Shown here: in pieces, positions 52,907-64,000 of the stretch
Position numbering within the stretch: the first letter of the stretch is position 1
Layout of the letters: every line of letters begins with the position of its first letter
Origin: an uncultured SAR86 cluster bacterium
GTDB lineage: Bacteria > Pseudomonadota > Gammaproteobacteria > Magnimaribacterales > AG-339-G14
Assembly (NCBI GenBank): GCA_902522825.1
Contig: CABYXE010000001.1
Location: 58,843-122,842, forward strand
Direction of reading: 5' to 3'
Length of the DNA: 64,000 bases
Notes under the pieces: generated by a model
What the model saw: the letters and a program-made list of their open reading frames with translations, nothing else
Database searches by the model: none
What the model was told of the DNA's origin: nothing
Made by a program: the position numbers and the translations under genes

Positions 52907-55492
52907 TTACTTTAGTAAGTTTTCTACTTCTTCAAGAGCTAAATCTATTTTTTCAATATTACCGCCGCCAGCTTGAGCAAAATCCTTTTTCCCGCCACCC
53001 TTAGCATCAATTATTTTTGAACAGGATTCTAGCAAATTTCTTGCGTCTATCGTATCTATCAAGTCATCTGAAACAGAAATGATTGCCATAGCTTTAGATT
53101 GAAAATTTCCCAACAAAACTATCACTGCTTGTCCTACAGAGTTCTTTAATGAATCCAAGGATCCTCTAAGACTTGATAAATTAATATCATCTAGTCTTTT
53201 GATAAGAACATGCATTTGATTTATCGTTTTAAACTCTTCTTTTAAACTTAAAATTAAACGTTCATTTTGTTTTTGTTCTACTTTTTTTAATCTTTCTTGA
53301 TAGCTCTTTAATAGATTACTTGATTCTTTTATTTTATTAGGAATATTGCTTATCTCGACTCCTAAGAAAGAAGATAACTCTAATAGTTCATTTTTAGAAC
53401 TCATTATAATTTCTTCAGCAGCCTCGTTTGAAACAGCTTCAATTCTTCTAATTCCTGAAGATATGCTTGATTCAGATAGTATTTTAAACAACTTTATTTC
53501 ACCCGAACTTTTGACGTGAGTTCCTCCACATAGTTCAATTGAAAAATCTCCCCCTATTTTTAATACACGAACTTTTTCGCCATACTTTTCTCCAAAAAAT
53601 GCCAATGCACCAATTTTTATTGCTTGATCATAAGAAGATTCAAAAATTTCTGTTTTGATATTGTTTTTAACAATTTCATTAACTTGATGGTCAATTTTTG
53701 TTATTTCATCTTTGCTCAAAGCCTTGTGATGAGAAAAATCAAATCTTAATTTTTCATCATTTACCAATGAGCCCTTTTGTTCTACATGAGTTCCTAAAAT
53801 ATCTCTTAGCGATGCATGCATTAAATGTGTAGCCGAATGATTAGATTCAATTTTGCGTCTTTTTTTTGAGTCAATTTCCATCAATACATTTTGGTCCTTT
53901 TTAAACGAACCATTTTCTATCTTTGCAAAATGAATAAAATTACTACCTGATTTTTGAGTATCAGTAACTTGCGCAGAACCAATATCAGCTTTGATAAAAC
54001 CAGAATCTCCTATTTGGCCTCCTGATTCAGCGTAAAAAGGAGTTTTATCTGTTATAAATAAACATTCTCCTGAATCAACATTATCGACCTCTACACCGTC
54101 TTGAAAGATTAATTTAATTTGAGCCTCGGATGACTCTTGCTCATATCCTACAAATTTAGTTTCTTGATCTAAAGTAATTGAAGAAGGAATTAAAGCAGAA
54201 AAGGAACTAGATTCTTTTGCCATTTTTCTTTGATTTTCCATGCAACGTTCATAACTCTCTATGTCTACCTCAAGGTTTTTTTCTCTAGCTAAATCTATTG
54301 TCATGTCTAAAGGAAACCCATACGTATCGTAAAGCTTAAAAGCTAACTCTCCTGGAATAGTTTCTGTTTTAAGTGAAATCAGTTCCTCTTCTAATAAGCT
54401 CATTCCAGTCATCAATGTATGACTAAATTGGTTTTCTTCATTTTCTAAAGAATCTTTTATTAAATCTCTATTTTGAATCAACTCAGGATAAGTGCTGCCG
54501 AGACTATTAACCAGGATATCTATCGCCTTAGATAGAATATGATTTTCATTAGGGTTCAGTTTATGAGCATGTCGTAACGCTCTTCTTATAATTCTCCTCA
54601 AAACATAGCTTCGCCCTTCATTTCCTATGAGAACTCCATCAGAGAGCAGAAAAGAAGAAGATCTTAAATGATCTGCAATAACTCTTAACGAGGGATCAAA
54701 TAGATTTTTTACATTTAATATTTCAGCAATATTTTTTATTAAAACCTCAAATATATCGGTCTTGTAATTATCATTTGTGTTTTGCATTACAGCAGTAATT
54801 CTTTCGAATCCCATTCCAGTATCCACAGAAGGCTTGGGCAAAGGCGACATATTTCCTTTTGCATCTCTATCGAATTGCATAAATACAAGATTATAAATTT
54901 CTATATATCTATCTCCAGACTCATTTCCTTCAGCAGGAGGATCTCCAATAAAATCATCTCCGTGATCGTAAAATATCTCAGAACAAGGACCACAGGGTCC
55001 TGTATCTCCCATTGACCAAAAATTATCTTCATCCAATCTATTAATTCTCTCTTTTGGAACTCCTATCTTGTTGAGCCATATATTTTCTGATTCATCGTCA
55101 CCTACATGAACGGTTATCCATAACTTTTCTTTCGGCAACTTATATTTTTCTGTTAGTAATTCCCAAGCAAATTTAATGGCATCTTCTTTAAAATAGTCGC
55201 CAAAGCTAAAATTTCCTAACATTTCAAAAAAGGTATGGTGTCTTAAGGTATATCCAACATTTTCAAGATCATTATGTTTTCCTCCAGCTCTTATACATTT
55301 TTGCGAGGAAGTCGCTCTTTTGAGAGAAGTTTTTTCTGATCCAAGAAATACATCTTTGAATTGAATCATTCCAGCATTAGTAAATAATAAAGTCGGATCA
55401 TTTTGAGGTACCAACGAAGAACTTTTTACATGCTCATGATTTTTTTCTTTAAAAAAGTCTAAAAAGGTTTGTCGAACTTCAGAGGAATGCAT
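52907..55492 (-). CDS. alaS: Alanine--tRNA ligase
   Basis: DPTLLFTNAGM, HHTFFEMLGN, HSATHL, ELCGGTH, GGG..FAQAGG. Confidence 0.97.
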   Translation of the reverse strand: MHSSEVRQTFLDFFKEKNHEHVKSSSLVPQNDPTLLFTNAGMIQFKDVFLGSEKTSLKRATSSQKCIRAGGKHNDLENVGYTLRHHTFFEMLGNFSFGDYFKEDAIKFAWELLTEKYKLPKEKLWITVHVGDDESENIWLNKIGVPKERINRLDEDNFWSMGDTGPCGPCSEIFYDHGDDFIGDPPAEGNESGDRYIEIYNLVFMQFDRDAKGNMSPLPKPSVDTGMGFERITAVMQNTNDNYKTDIFEVLIKNIAEILNVKNLFDPSLRVIADHLRSSSFLLSDGVLIGNEGRSYVLRRIIRRALRHAHKLNPNENHILSKAIDILVNSLGSTYPELIQNRDLIKDSLENEENQFSHTLMTGMSLLEEELISLKTETIPGELAFKLYDTYGFPLDMTIDLAREKNLEVDIESYERCMENQRKMAKESSSFSALIPSSITLDQETKFVGYEQESSEAQIKLIFQDGVEVDNVDSGECLFITDKTPFYAESGGQIGDSGFIKADIGSAQVTDTQKSGSNFIHFAKIENGSFKKDQNVLMEIDSKKRRKIESNHSATHLMHASLRDILGTHVEQKGSLVNDEKLRFDFSHHKALSKDEITKIDHQVNEIVKNNIKTEIFESSYDQAIKIGALAFFGEKYGEKVRVLKIGGDFSIELCGGTHVKSSGEIKLFKILSESSISSGIRRIEAVSNEAAEEIIMSSKNELLELSSFLGVEISNIPNKIKESSNLLKSYQERLKKVEQKQNERLILSLKEEFKTINQMHVLIKRLDDINLSSLRGSLDSLKNSVGQAVIVLLGNFQSKAMAIISVSDDLIDTIDARNLLESCSKIIDAKGGGKKDFAQAGGGNIEKIDLALEEVENLLK

Positions 55493-55499
55493 TTTTTAT

Positions 55500-56201
55500 T
55501 TAAAAAAGCTCCGATAATAAATCTGTAAAAATTTTCCATGATCTTGCATCGGCGTTTTTAGAATATACAGCCCCAAAATCTGGATCATTTGCTTCAGGAT
55601 TTGTGAATGAATGCATTGCATCGCCAAAAACATGCAATTGCCAATCAACTTTTTTAATTGTCATTTCCTCCCTGAAAGATTCTATTTGGTCTTGCCCAAC
55701 CATAGGATCTAATTGTCCGTGAAGAGCTAAAACTTTGGCTTTGATTTCATTTGAAGAATTTTCAGGTCCAGCTAAAAATCCATGAAAACTAACCGCACCT
55801 TTAATATCAGCTCCCGTTCTAGCTAAGTCTAAAGCTACCAAACCTCCGAAACAGTAACCCATTATTACTATTTTACTAGAATCTATAGTTTCAATTTTTG
55901 TAACTGCATCTAAAGCTGCAAGAACTCTTCTGCTCAATTCTTCTCTATCGTCAAGAAGCGGTTGCATCATCGACTGGTTTTCTTCTACGGAAGTTCCAAT
56001 CTTTCCATCTCCATACATATCTAAAGCAAATGCTGCATATCCTAGCTGAGTTAATAGATTTGCTTTCTCTTCAACAAATGCATCTCGGCCTGACCAAGTA
56101 TGGGCAATTAAAATACATGGATGAGATTCTCCCTCAGGTTGAGCTAAATAACCTTCAAAAGAATTTTCTCCTGATTTGTATACTACGTTTTCTGTCTTCA
56201 T
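55500..56201 (-). CDS. Dienelactone hydrolase family protein
   Basis: GYCFGG, SFHG, HG..DP, HSFTNP. Confidence 0.9.
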   Translation of the reverse strand: MKTENVVYKSGENSFEGYLAQPEGESHPCILIAHTWSGRDAFVEEKANLLTQLGYAAFALDMYGDGKIGTSVEENQSMMQPLLDDREELSRRVLAALDAVTKIETIDSSKIVIMGYCFGGLVALDLARTGADIKGAVSFHGFLAGPENSSNEIKAKVLALHGQLDPMVGQDQIESFREEMTIKKVDWQLHVFGDAMHSFTNPEANDPDFGAVYSKNADARSWKIFTDLLSELF

Positions 56202-56725
56202 ATTTTCTGCTCCTTAAGTTCTTTTTTAAACCTAATATAGTTTTCTGCATAATGACTTGCACTGCCAATTAGAATATCTTTCATAGAAGGATCTAATTCT
56301 TTTTTTACTTTAGCGGGTGAACCCATTACAAGAGAATAGTCAGGTATTTCCATGCCTTCTGTAACAAGAGAATTTGCTCCTATAAGACAATTTTTTCCTA
56401 TTTTAGCTCCGTTGAGAATGACGCTATTTATACCAATTAGGGAATTATCTCCAATAGAACATCCATGAAGCATCACTTTATGTCCAACTGTTACATTTTT
56501 GCCAATTTCTAAAGGATGTCCTGGATCTGCATGCAAAACTGATAAGTCTTGAATATTTGAGTTCTCTCCTATTTTGATATCCTCTACGTCTCCTCTAATT
56601 ACGGCGCCAAACCAAACACTTACATTTTTTCCTAAAAATACTCTTCCCATTACTGATGCTGATGGAGCAACAAAATAATCATCGCCATCTGTAATAACCG
56701 TATGGTCACCTAATTTATAAATCAT
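56198..56725 (-). CDS. Gamma carbonic anhydrase family protein (YrdA-like)
   Basis: Hexapeptide repeats, RGD, NIQD..VLH, GH..MLHGC. Confidence 0.9.
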   Translation of the reverse strand: MIYKLGDHTVITDGDDYFVAPSASVMGRVFLGKNVSVWFGAVIRGDVEDIKIGENSNIQDLSVLHADPGHPLEIGKNVTVGHKVMLHGCSIGDNSLIGINSVILNGAKIGKNCLIGANSLVTEGMEIPDYSLVMGSPAKVKKELDPSMKDILIGSASHYAENYIRFKKELKEQKI

Positions 56726-57284
56726 AATCGAATTTTATATCTAATAAGTCTAAAAAGTTAATTGTAAAAGCTAATGTTAACCCCCAAATTTCAAATTTTT
56801 CAAAGTTAAACACAGGTGTTTTAAAAGTTTCCCCATTATAGTTAGTTACTTTTTCCGAGATATTAGGGTCATTTTTAAAAAAAGATAAAGGAACATGAAA
56901 AATTTCTGAAACTTCTTTTGAGTTTGCCGTGAAACATAGATTTTCCTCAATTAATCCAATAAAGGGGGTTACACTTAATCCAAACCTTGATTTTAAGGTA
57001 TCTAATTCACCTATTACTTTAATTTTACTTGCATCTAAGTCAATTTCTTCTACTGCTTCTCTAAGCGCAGTTTCGAGAAGAGAATTATCTTTTTTTTCTC
57101 TTTTGCCGCCTGGATAAGCTACTTCCCCCGGATGACTGGGTAAGTTTTTTGATCTCTCTGTCATCACAATAAATAACTCATCGTCTCTTTCGTAACAAAT
57201 TATTAAAACTGCTGCTTGAGGCGAATCTTCTATGTATCCGTTAGGAGTATAATTTTTAAGTTTTGATTTTAAGGTAGATATCAT
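56715..57284 (-). CDS. CoA pyrophosphatase (Nudix, NudL-like)
   Basis: AAVL, R...[12 protein letters not shown], Nudix box REAVEE, IWGLTA-like motif. Confidence 0.88.
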   Translation of the reverse strand: MISTLKSKLKNYTPNGYIEDSPQAAVLIICYERDDELFIVMTERSKNLPSHPGEVAYPGGKREKKDNSLLETALREAVEEIDLDASKIKVIGELDTLKSRFGLSVTPFIGLIEENLCFTANSKEVSEIFHVPLSFFKNDPNISEKVTNYNGETFKTPVFNFEKFEIWGLTLAFTINFLDLLDIKFDYDL

Positions 57285-57343
57285 TTTTAAAGGTATTAAA
57301 GATCAATTATACTTCTGATTCTTTTTAATTAACGAAATTTATC

Positions 57344-57877
57344 TTGAATTATTGTCCTAATTGCTCTGCAAAAGTATCTCTTAAAATCCCCGAGGGAGAT
57401 AATAGAGAAAGATACGTTTGCGACTCATGCAACACAATACATTACTCAAATCCAAATGTGGTTGTGGGTACATTACCGGCATTTGAAGATAAAATTCTAC
57501 TTTGCAAAAGAGCCATAGAGCCAAGAGTTGGTCTTTGGACAGTGCCTGCTGGATTTTTAGAAAATGGAGAGTCCTTACTTCAAGGAGCTTGGAGAGAAAC
57601 CAAAGAAGAAACTCAAGCAGAAGTGGACATGAAAGAAATATTAACGATATTTAATATACCTCAAATAAATCAAATTTATGTAATTTATAGAGCAGATATT
57701 GAAGACAATTCATTTGGTCCAACCTCTGAAAGTCTAGATGTACAGTTATTTTCTTATGATGAAGTTCCTTGGGAAGAATTGGCTTTTCCATTCGTTCCAA
57801 AAACAATTAATCATTACTATGAATGTTTGAAGACTAAAAAATTTAATCTTCATACTGAAGATATAATTAGAAGGTAG
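57344..57877 (+). CDS. Zinc-ribbon NUDIX hydrolase
   Basis: YCPNC...C..C..IHY.NP, PAGFLE.GE....A.RET.EE. Confidence 0.9.
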   Translation: MNYCPNCSAKVSLKIPEGDNRERYVCDSCNTIHYSNPNVVVGTLPAFEDKILLCKRAIEPRVGLWTVPAGFLENGESLLQGAWRETKEETQAEVDMKEILTIFNIPQINQIYVIYRADIEDNSFGPTSESLDVQLFSYDEVPWEELAFPFVPKTINHYYECLKTKKFNLHTEDIIRR

Positions 57878-60800
57878 TTAATTCACGAATTTTCTAGCGT
57901 TTAAAAACATTTCAAGCCATGGGCTAGGTTTTGAAACATCGGAATCGGTCCATGATAATTGTTTATTTAAAAATGCTCTTTCAGGGTGGGGCATGAGGAT
58001 AGTTACTTTCCCGTCTTTAGAACATACAGAAGAAACTCCTTCTGCAGACCCATTAGGATTCAAAGGATATTTTTCAGTTGTTTCGCCCTTAGAATTGACA
58101 TATTGCAGCGGAACCTGACGGTTAGAAATTAGTTTTTTTATTTTAGAATTATCAGAGAACTCCATTCTTCCTTCTCCGTGTGCTACCGGAACGATTAGTT
58201 GAGAATCATCCATATTTTGAAAAAAAATAGATTTTGAATCATTTACTTTAATTTGAATTAACCTTGCTTCAAATTGATTTGAAATATTCTTTTTTAAACT
58301 AGGCCAGTCTTCGCAACCAGGAATAATTTCTTTTAATTCAGATAAAACTTGGCACCCATTACAAACGCCGAGAGAAAAAGTATCTGGACGATTAAAAAAC
58401 TTTTCAAAATTATCTCTTAATTCGTTATTCATCAAAATTGAATTTGCCCATCCTCGTCCAGCTCCTAATACATCTCCATATGAAAAGCCTCCTGGAAAAG
58501 CCAGACCTATAAAGTCATCAAGATCAAAAAAATTATTTTTTAAATCTGTCATATGGAGGTCTACCACGTTAAAACCTGCTCTAGTAAACGCAGCTGACAT
58601 CTCTATTTGCCCATTAATTCCTTGATCTCTTATAGCAGCTAATTTAGGTTTGGTCGAAAAGGAAATTTTAGAATTAGTTTCTTTGAATGAAATTTTTTGA
58701 ACTAGCTGGTTATTCTTTCTTTCTAGAGAAACTCGAGATTCTTCTAAAGCACATAAGGGATTGTCCCTTATTGCTTGCATTTTTGAAGTAACACTAGTCC
58801 AGTTAGAAATTAAAGTTTCTAAATCAATAATTTCATCAAATTCATCTGTAGAAATTAATAGGTGATCCTCTTTATTTGTATTCCCTAGATGCATCAACAT
58901 ACTTTCTGAATGAATTTTTTGCATGAAAGCTTCAATATCTGCATAGGTTCTTTCAGAGACTTGAAATACAAAACCTAATTCCTCTGCAAATAAAAGTTTA
59001 AGTAAATCTTTCCTCTGCAATTTTGTCTTCAGACAAAAACCAGTATTTCCTGCAATCATCATTTCAATCAAACAAGATACTAAACCACCATCAGAGATAT
59101 CATGATAAGCAAAAACTTTTTTTTCTTTTATCAGATTAGCGAAGAAATTAAATATTTTAGGGAACTCATCTATAGCTTCCATATCTGGTACTTCGCCTAA
59201 ATCTTGGCCCAAAATTTCAGCCAGCACTGCTCCTCCTAAACGATTTTTAAAAGAGCTAAAATTTATTTGTGCAACAACCAATTTTGAATTATCAATAAAA
59301 TCAGGGGTAACGCTTTTAGTAATATCTGGTACTTGAGAAAAGGCTGAGACAATCAAAGATTGAGGTGAAGTATTAGTTTTGTTTTCCCATGCAGTCTCCA
59401 TTGATAAAGAATCTTTTCCTACTGGTATAGTTATATTCCATTCATTGCATAGCCTTTCAGAAATTGACTTTACGGTCTGATATAAATCAAAATTATTTAC
59501 GTCATTATTTGGGGATGCCATCCAATTTGCAGATAGCTTTACTTTAGATAACTCTTCTACTCCAGATGAAAGAATATTAGTTAAAGCTTCTGTAATTGCC
59601 ACTCTTCCTGAAGCTGGAGCATTCGAAACTGCTAAAGGGGCTCTTTCACCAAGAGACATTGCCTCACCTTCTATTGAGTCAAAATTTGCCATGGTAATAC
59701 CATTGTCTGCTACTGGGATTTGATATGGTCCAACCATTTGATCTCGATAAGTTAAACCGCCTACATTTCTATCGCCAATAGTAATTAAAAAGTTTTTACT
59801 TCCTACCGTAGGATGCCTCAAAACATCTAAAATAGATTTTTTAATATCTAGATCTAAATCAATTTCCACAGAGTTTTTTTTAGGTGCTTCTATTAAATTT
59901 CTTTTAAGTTGTTCTTTTGCTCCAAAGATAAAATTCATGTCTAGGTCTATGACATTTTCGTTTAAACTTTTATCTATCAAGATAAATTTTTTATCGTTGG
60001 TGAATTCACCAACGATAGCTAGAGGACATTTTTCTCTAGCGCAAATTCTTTTGAAGTTTTCAAGTTCTGATTCTTCCACGGCTAAAACATATCTTTCCTG
60101 AGATTCGTTACACCAAATTTCTAATGAGCTCATAGATTGATCTACTATTGGAATTTTATTTAAATCAATAATTGCACCTAAATTACAATCCTTAGCTAAT
60201 TCTGGAATTGCATTGGATAAACCACCTGCTCCAACATCATGAATAAAAGCAATAGGGTTATCTTTATCAAGCTGCCAGCATTGGTCTATTACTTCTTGAC
60301 ATCTCCTTTGCATCTCAGGATTTGATCTTTGCACCGAGGCAAAATCTAATTCCTCATTCGATTTTCCAGATTCAACCGAAGAGGCAGACCCTCCGCCTAG
60401 ACCTATTAAATAACCTGGCCCCCCTAATACTATTATTTTAGCCGAGCTAGAAACTTTAGATTTATTAGTATGTATTGGCTTAATATTTCCTAAACCTCCA
60501 GCTAACATAATTGGTTTATGAAAACCAAAATACCTATCCTTATCTTTATGCTCAAAAGACCTGAAGTATCCCAATATGTTAGGTCTTCCAAATTCATTGT
60601 TGAAAGAAGCTGCCCCAATGGGACCATTGATCATAATTTCCAAAGGAGAGGCAATTCTTTTAGGCTTATCTTCTTGCCCTTCCCACTTTTCTATATTGTC
60701 TGGAATTCTTAAATAAGAGACAGAAAATCCACACAAACCGGCTTTAGGCTTGGCTCCTCTTCCTGTTGCTCCTTCATCTCTTATTTCCCCACCAGAACCT

Positions 60801-61747
60801 GTAGCTGCGCCTGAAAAAGGAGCTATAGCAGTAGGATGATTATGCGTTTCTACTTTAATACAAAAGTTATTCTGCTCTTCTACATATTTATATTCTTTAG
60901 TTATTGGGTCTGGATAAAACCTTTTTTTCCCTAAACCAGAAATTACCGCTGCATTATCGCTATAAGCTGACAAAACGCCGTCTGAATAATTTTTATATGT
61001 ACTTTTTATAAAATCGAAAAGACTATTTTTTTCATTCCCTTGGTCAGTAACCCATAATGAGTTAAAAATTTTATGCCTACAATGCTCAGAATTAATCTGT
61101 GAAAACATCATCAACTCAGTATCGGTGGCCTCTTTAGCTGCAGCTTCATACCCTTTAGTTAAATATTCTATTTCATAGTCGTTTAAAGCTAGCCCCATTG
61201 AAGAATTTAATAACTCTAAAGTTTTTTTACCATCCTTGAATTTAATAAACTGTGTTTTCTTTTTTTCTAATTTTAAAAAAGTATTATTTAAATTATTTGC
61301 ATCACTAAAAAAAGATTCTGTAAGAGGGTCATATAGAATTTTTTCTAAATGAGAAACATTTATTACTTTATTGGAAAATTTTATAGCCGTTAATTTTTCT
61401 ATATTAGTTATCTCTTCCAATCCGCAGCTTTCAAATATATTTAGTGTTTTAGAGGCCCAAGGAGATTGAACTCCTTGTCTTGGAGAAGTAAAACAGAATT
61501 TTTTTAAATCGTAATCTTTTAAATAAGTCTCAACTTGAAGTAATTTAAAAATTTGAAACTTTTTTTCTTCAGAAATTTCTTTCCATTCAGTCGACAATTC
61601 TAATAAATAAAAATCTTTTACTGTATTTAAGGTATTACTTGAAATATTTTCTACTCTAGATGAGAGATTTAAAAATTCAAAGTTGGTCAGAGAATCTTGC
61701 CCTAACAGACCAACTAATTTTGGATTAATTTGATAAATATCTAACAT
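57878..61747 (-). CDS. purL: Phosphoribosylformylglycinamidine synthase (large fused type)
   Basis: NSEHCRHK, ETHNHP, GGEIRDEGATG, GVCNGCQ, PHPER. Confidence 0.96.
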   Translation of the reverse strand: MLDIYQINPKLVGLLGQDSLTNFEFLNLSSRVENISSNTLNTVKDFYLLELSTEWKEISEEKKFQIFKLLQVETYLKDYDLKKFCFTSPRQGVQSPWASKTLNIFESCGLEEITNIEKLTAIKFSNKVINVSHLEKILYDPLTESFFSDANNLNNTFLKLEKKKTQFIKFKDGKKTLELLNSSMGLALNDYEIEYLTKGYEAAAKEATDTELMMFSQINSEHCRHKIFNSLWVTDQGNEKNSLFDFIKSTYKNYSDGVLSAYSDNAAVISGLGKKRFYPDPITKEYKYVEEQNNFCIKVETHNHPTAIAPFSGAATGSGGEIRDEGATGRGAKPKAGLCGFSVSYLRIPDNIEKWEGQEDKPKRIASPLEIMINGPIGAASFNNEFGRPNILGYFRSFEHKDKDRYFGFHKPIMLAGGLGNIKPIHTNKSKVSSSAKIIVLGGPGYLIGLGGGSASSVESGKSNEELDFASVQRSNPEMQRRCQEVIDQCWQLDKDNPIAFIHDVGAGGLSNAIPELAKDCNLGAIIDLNKIPIVDQSMSSLEIWCNESQERYVLAVEESELENFKRICAREKCPLAIVGEFTNDKKFILIDKSLNENVIDLDMNFIFGAKEQLKRNLIEAPKKNSVEIDLDLDIKKSILDVLRHPTVGSKNFLITIGDRNVGGLTYRDQMVGPYQIPVADNGITMANFDSIEGEAMSLGERAPLAVSNAPASGRVAITEALTNILSSGVEELSKVKLSANWMASPNNDVNNFDLYQTVKSISERLCNEWNITIPVGKDSLSMETAWENKTNTSPQSLIVSAFSQVPDITKSVTPDFIDNSKLVVAQINFSSFKNRLGGAVLAEILGQDLGEVPDMEAIDEFPKIFNFFANLIKEKKVFAYHDISDGGLVSCLIEMMIAGNTGFCLKTKLQRKDLLKLLFAEELGFVFQVSERTYADIEAFMQKIHSESMLMHLGNTNKEDHLLISTDEFDEIIDLETLISNWTSVTSKMQAIRDNPLCALEESRVSLERKNNQLVQKISFKETNSKISFSTKPKLAAIRDQGINGQIEMSAAFTRAGFNVVDLHMTDLKNNFFDLDDFIGLAFPGGFSYGDVLGAGRGWANSILMNNELRDNFEKFFNRPDTFSLGVCNGCQVLSELKEIIPGCEDWPSLKKNISNQFEARLIQIKVNDSKSIFFQNMDDSQLIVPVAHGEGRMEFSDNSKIKKLISNRQVPLQYVNSKGETTEKYPLNPNGSAEGVSSVCSKDGKVTILMPHPERAFLNKQLSWTDSDVSKPSPWLEMFLNARKFVN

Positions 61748-61795
61748 TTAATTAGAAAAAATAATTATAACTGAGTTAGAAACTTAATTTAAATT

Positions 61796-63793
61796 TTAGG
61801 CGGCAAATAATCTATTTTTTAATTCAGTTATTTTATCTCTTAATTTAGCAGCTTCTTCAAATTCTAGCTTATTGGCATATTCCAGCATTAATTTTTCTAA
61901 AGAATCTATTTGTTTGGCTAATTCTTTAGGAGTCAAATAATCTTCTTCAATTTTTTTATCCATTTCAGATAAAAATTGCTTTTTGGTGAAGTTTTTTGAA
62001 CCTTCCATTACATCTGAGACAGGTTTTATTATTCCAGACGGAATAATATTGTTTTTCTTGTTGAAATTTAGCTGTATTTTCCTTCTTTCTTCAGTTTTCT
62101 TAATAGCTCTAGATATCGATCCTGTTTCTTTATCTGCGTATAGGATTGCATGACCATTAATATGCCTGGCAGCCCTACCTATAGTTTGGATAATTGAAGT
62201 TTCTGATCTCAAAAAACCTTCTTTATCGGCATCCAAAATTGCAACTAAAGAAACTTCAGGAAGATCTAACCCCTCCCTTAGCAAATTAATTCCTACTAAA
62301 ACATCAAAATTTCCTAATCTAAGATCTCTTAAAATTTCTATTCGTTCGACAGTATCAATATCTGAATGCAAATATCTAACATTAATATCTCTTTCAAATA
62401 AATACTGACTCAGGTCTTCAGCCATTCTTTTTGTTAAAACAGTCGCTAAAACTCTTTCCTTTCTTTTAACTTTTTCAGTTATTTCAGACATTAGATCATC
62501 AACTTGATTTGTTGCAGGACGAATTTCAATAGTCGGGTCGACTAAACCAGTTGGTCGTACTATCAAATCAACTTTTTGTTCCATATTATTTTCTTCGTAC
62601 TCTCCTGGAGTAGCTGAAACAAAAATTTTTTGTCCCGAGGTTGATTCCCATTCGTCGAATCTCAAAGGCCTATTATCCAATGCGCTAGGTAGTCTAAATC
62701 CATATTCGGTTAAAGTTTCTTTTCTTGATCTGTCTCCTCTATACATGCCTTTAATTTGAGGAAGTGAGACATGAGATTCATCCACAAATACTATTGCATC
62801 CTCAGGAAGATATTCATATAAAGTCGGTGGTGATTCGCCTTCTTTTCTCCCAGAAAGATATCTTGAATAATTTTCGATACCAGAACAAAAACCAAGTTCT
62901 TTTATCATTTCAATGTCGTACTTGGTTCTTTCTTCAATTCTTTGAGCTTCTATAAACTTTTCATTTTTTTTGAAAAATCTTACTCTTTCTCTCATTTCAC
63001 TTCTTATTTCTTTAGTAGCATTTAACATTATGTCTCTTGAAGTAACATAATGAGTTTTAGGGAAAATAGTTATTCTGGGAACTTCTTTAAAAATTTCTCC
63101 CGTAAGAGGATCGAACATCTTTAACGATTCTATTTCATTATCAAACATTTCTATTCTAAGAGCCTCTGCTTCAGATTCGGCGGGAAAAACATCGATTACA
63201 TCCCCTTTTACTCTATAGGTTGCTCTTGTAAATTCGATATCATTTCTTTTGTACTGTAGTTCAGCTAATCTAAGCAATAAAACATTTTGATCAATTTCAT
63301 CGCCTCTATCTAGATGCAGAACCATCTGAAGATAAGATTTTGGGTCGCCTAATCCATAAATAGCAGAGACGGATGCAACTATCACGACATCTCTTCTTTC
63401 CATAATTGCTTTAGTAGCTGAAAGACGCATTTGTTCAATATGTTCATTAATAGAGGCATCTTTTTCTATGAAAGTATCAGATGTAGGCACATACGCTTCT
63501 GGCTGATAATAATCATAATAAGAAACAAAATACTCTACTGAATTATTAGGAAAAAATTCTTTAAATTCACCGTACAGTTGTGCTGCTAAAGTTTTGTTAT
63601 GTGCCATAACAATTGCAGGCCTTTGTACTTCTTGAATTACATTGGCCATTGCAAAAGTTTTTCCTGAACCAGTTACTCCCTGCAAAGTTTGATTCAAAAG
63701 GCCGTCATTTAGGCCTTTGACAAGTTTTGATATCGCCTTAGGTTGATCTCCAGCAGGACTAAAATCTGATTTTATTTCAAATGTTTTACTCAT
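61796..63793 (-). CDS. uvrB: Excinuclease ABC subunit B
   Basis: [41 protein letters not shown]. Confidence 0.97.
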   Translation of the reverse strand: MSKTFEIKSDFSPAGDQPKAISKLVKGLNDGLLNQTLQGVTGSGKTFAMANVIQEVQRPAIVMAHNKTLAAQLYGEFKEFFPNNSVEYFVSYYDYYQPEAYVPTSDTFIEKDASINEHIEQMRLSATKAIMERRDVVIVASVSAIYGLGDPKSYLQMVLHLDRGDEIDQNVLLLRLAELQYKRNDIEFTRATYRVKGDVIDVFPAESEAEALRIEMFDNEIESLKMFDPLTGEIFKEVPRITIFPKTHYVTSRDIMLNATKEIRSEMRERVRFFKKNEKFIEAQRIEERTKYDIEMIKELGFCSGIENYSRYLSGRKEGESPPTLYEYLPEDAIVFVDESHVSLPQIKGMYRGDRSRKETLTEYGFRLPSALDNRPLRFDEWESTSGQKIFVSATPGEYEENNMEQKVDLIVRPTGLVDPTIEIRPATNQVDDLMSEITEKVKRKERVLATVLTKRMAEDLSQYLFERDINVRYLHSDIDTVERIEILRDLRLGNFDVLVGINLLREGLDLPEVSLVAILDADKEGFLRSETSIIQTIGRAARHINGHAILYADKETGSISRAIKKTEERRKIQLNFNKKNNIIPSGIIKPVSDVMEGSKNFTKKQFLSEMDKKIEEDYLTPKELAKQIDSLEKLMLEYANKLEFEEAAKLRDKITELKNRLFAA

Positions 63794-63828
63794 CTTTTAT
63801 ACTTTTTTGCTTATAATACATCTCGTTT

Positions 63829-63904
63829 TCCGCGATAGCTCAGTTGGTAGAGCAAATGACTGTTAATCATTGGGTCGCAGGTTCGAGCCCTGCTCGCGGA
63901 GCCA
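63829..63904 (+). tRNA. tRNA-Asn(GTT)
   Basis: TCCGCGA...TCGCGGA-G-CCA; anticodon loop CTGTTAA; TATAAT upstream at 63812-63817. Confidence 0.96.
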
Positions 63905-64000
63905 GCTCAAAAATGCCAATATATAGTAAAGATAACACAAACCCATACAAACTTAGCAGAACTAGGATAGAGAATTTTTGTAAATGCAAAAAGTGTTTTT

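Overview
AT-rich, very tightly packed bacterial chromosome segment with many 0-30 bp gaps and overlapping genes. Gammaproteobacterial core genes (smc-zipA-ligA, ccmABCDEFGHI, alaS-lysC, purL, uvrB, rlmN, hflX, pyrB, umuDC) are mixed with many lipid/acyl-CoA catabolic genes, a photolyase and an RND pump. This fits a streamlined marine gammaproteobacterium such as SAR86 (inference, no database search done). There are five tRNAs (Val-GAC, Leu-TAG, Arg-CCT, Ser-GCT, Asn-GTT) and no integrase, transposase, prophage or CRISPR array. Most notable: (1) an intact 810-aa Smc at the canonical smc-zipA-ligA locus that appears to lack the hinge domain entirely; (2) a SAM-II riboswitch upstream of metY wired to a terminator/antiterminator switch; (3) a bacterial (6-4) photolyase-family protein lacking the Fe-S cysteines, coupled to an unannotated 4-Cys DUF2256-like peptide; (4) apparent leaderless promoters, one of them bidirectional; (5) csrA and hfq missing from their usual loci. 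Two small genes absent from the ORF track were recovered (ccmD and the DUF2256-like gene).
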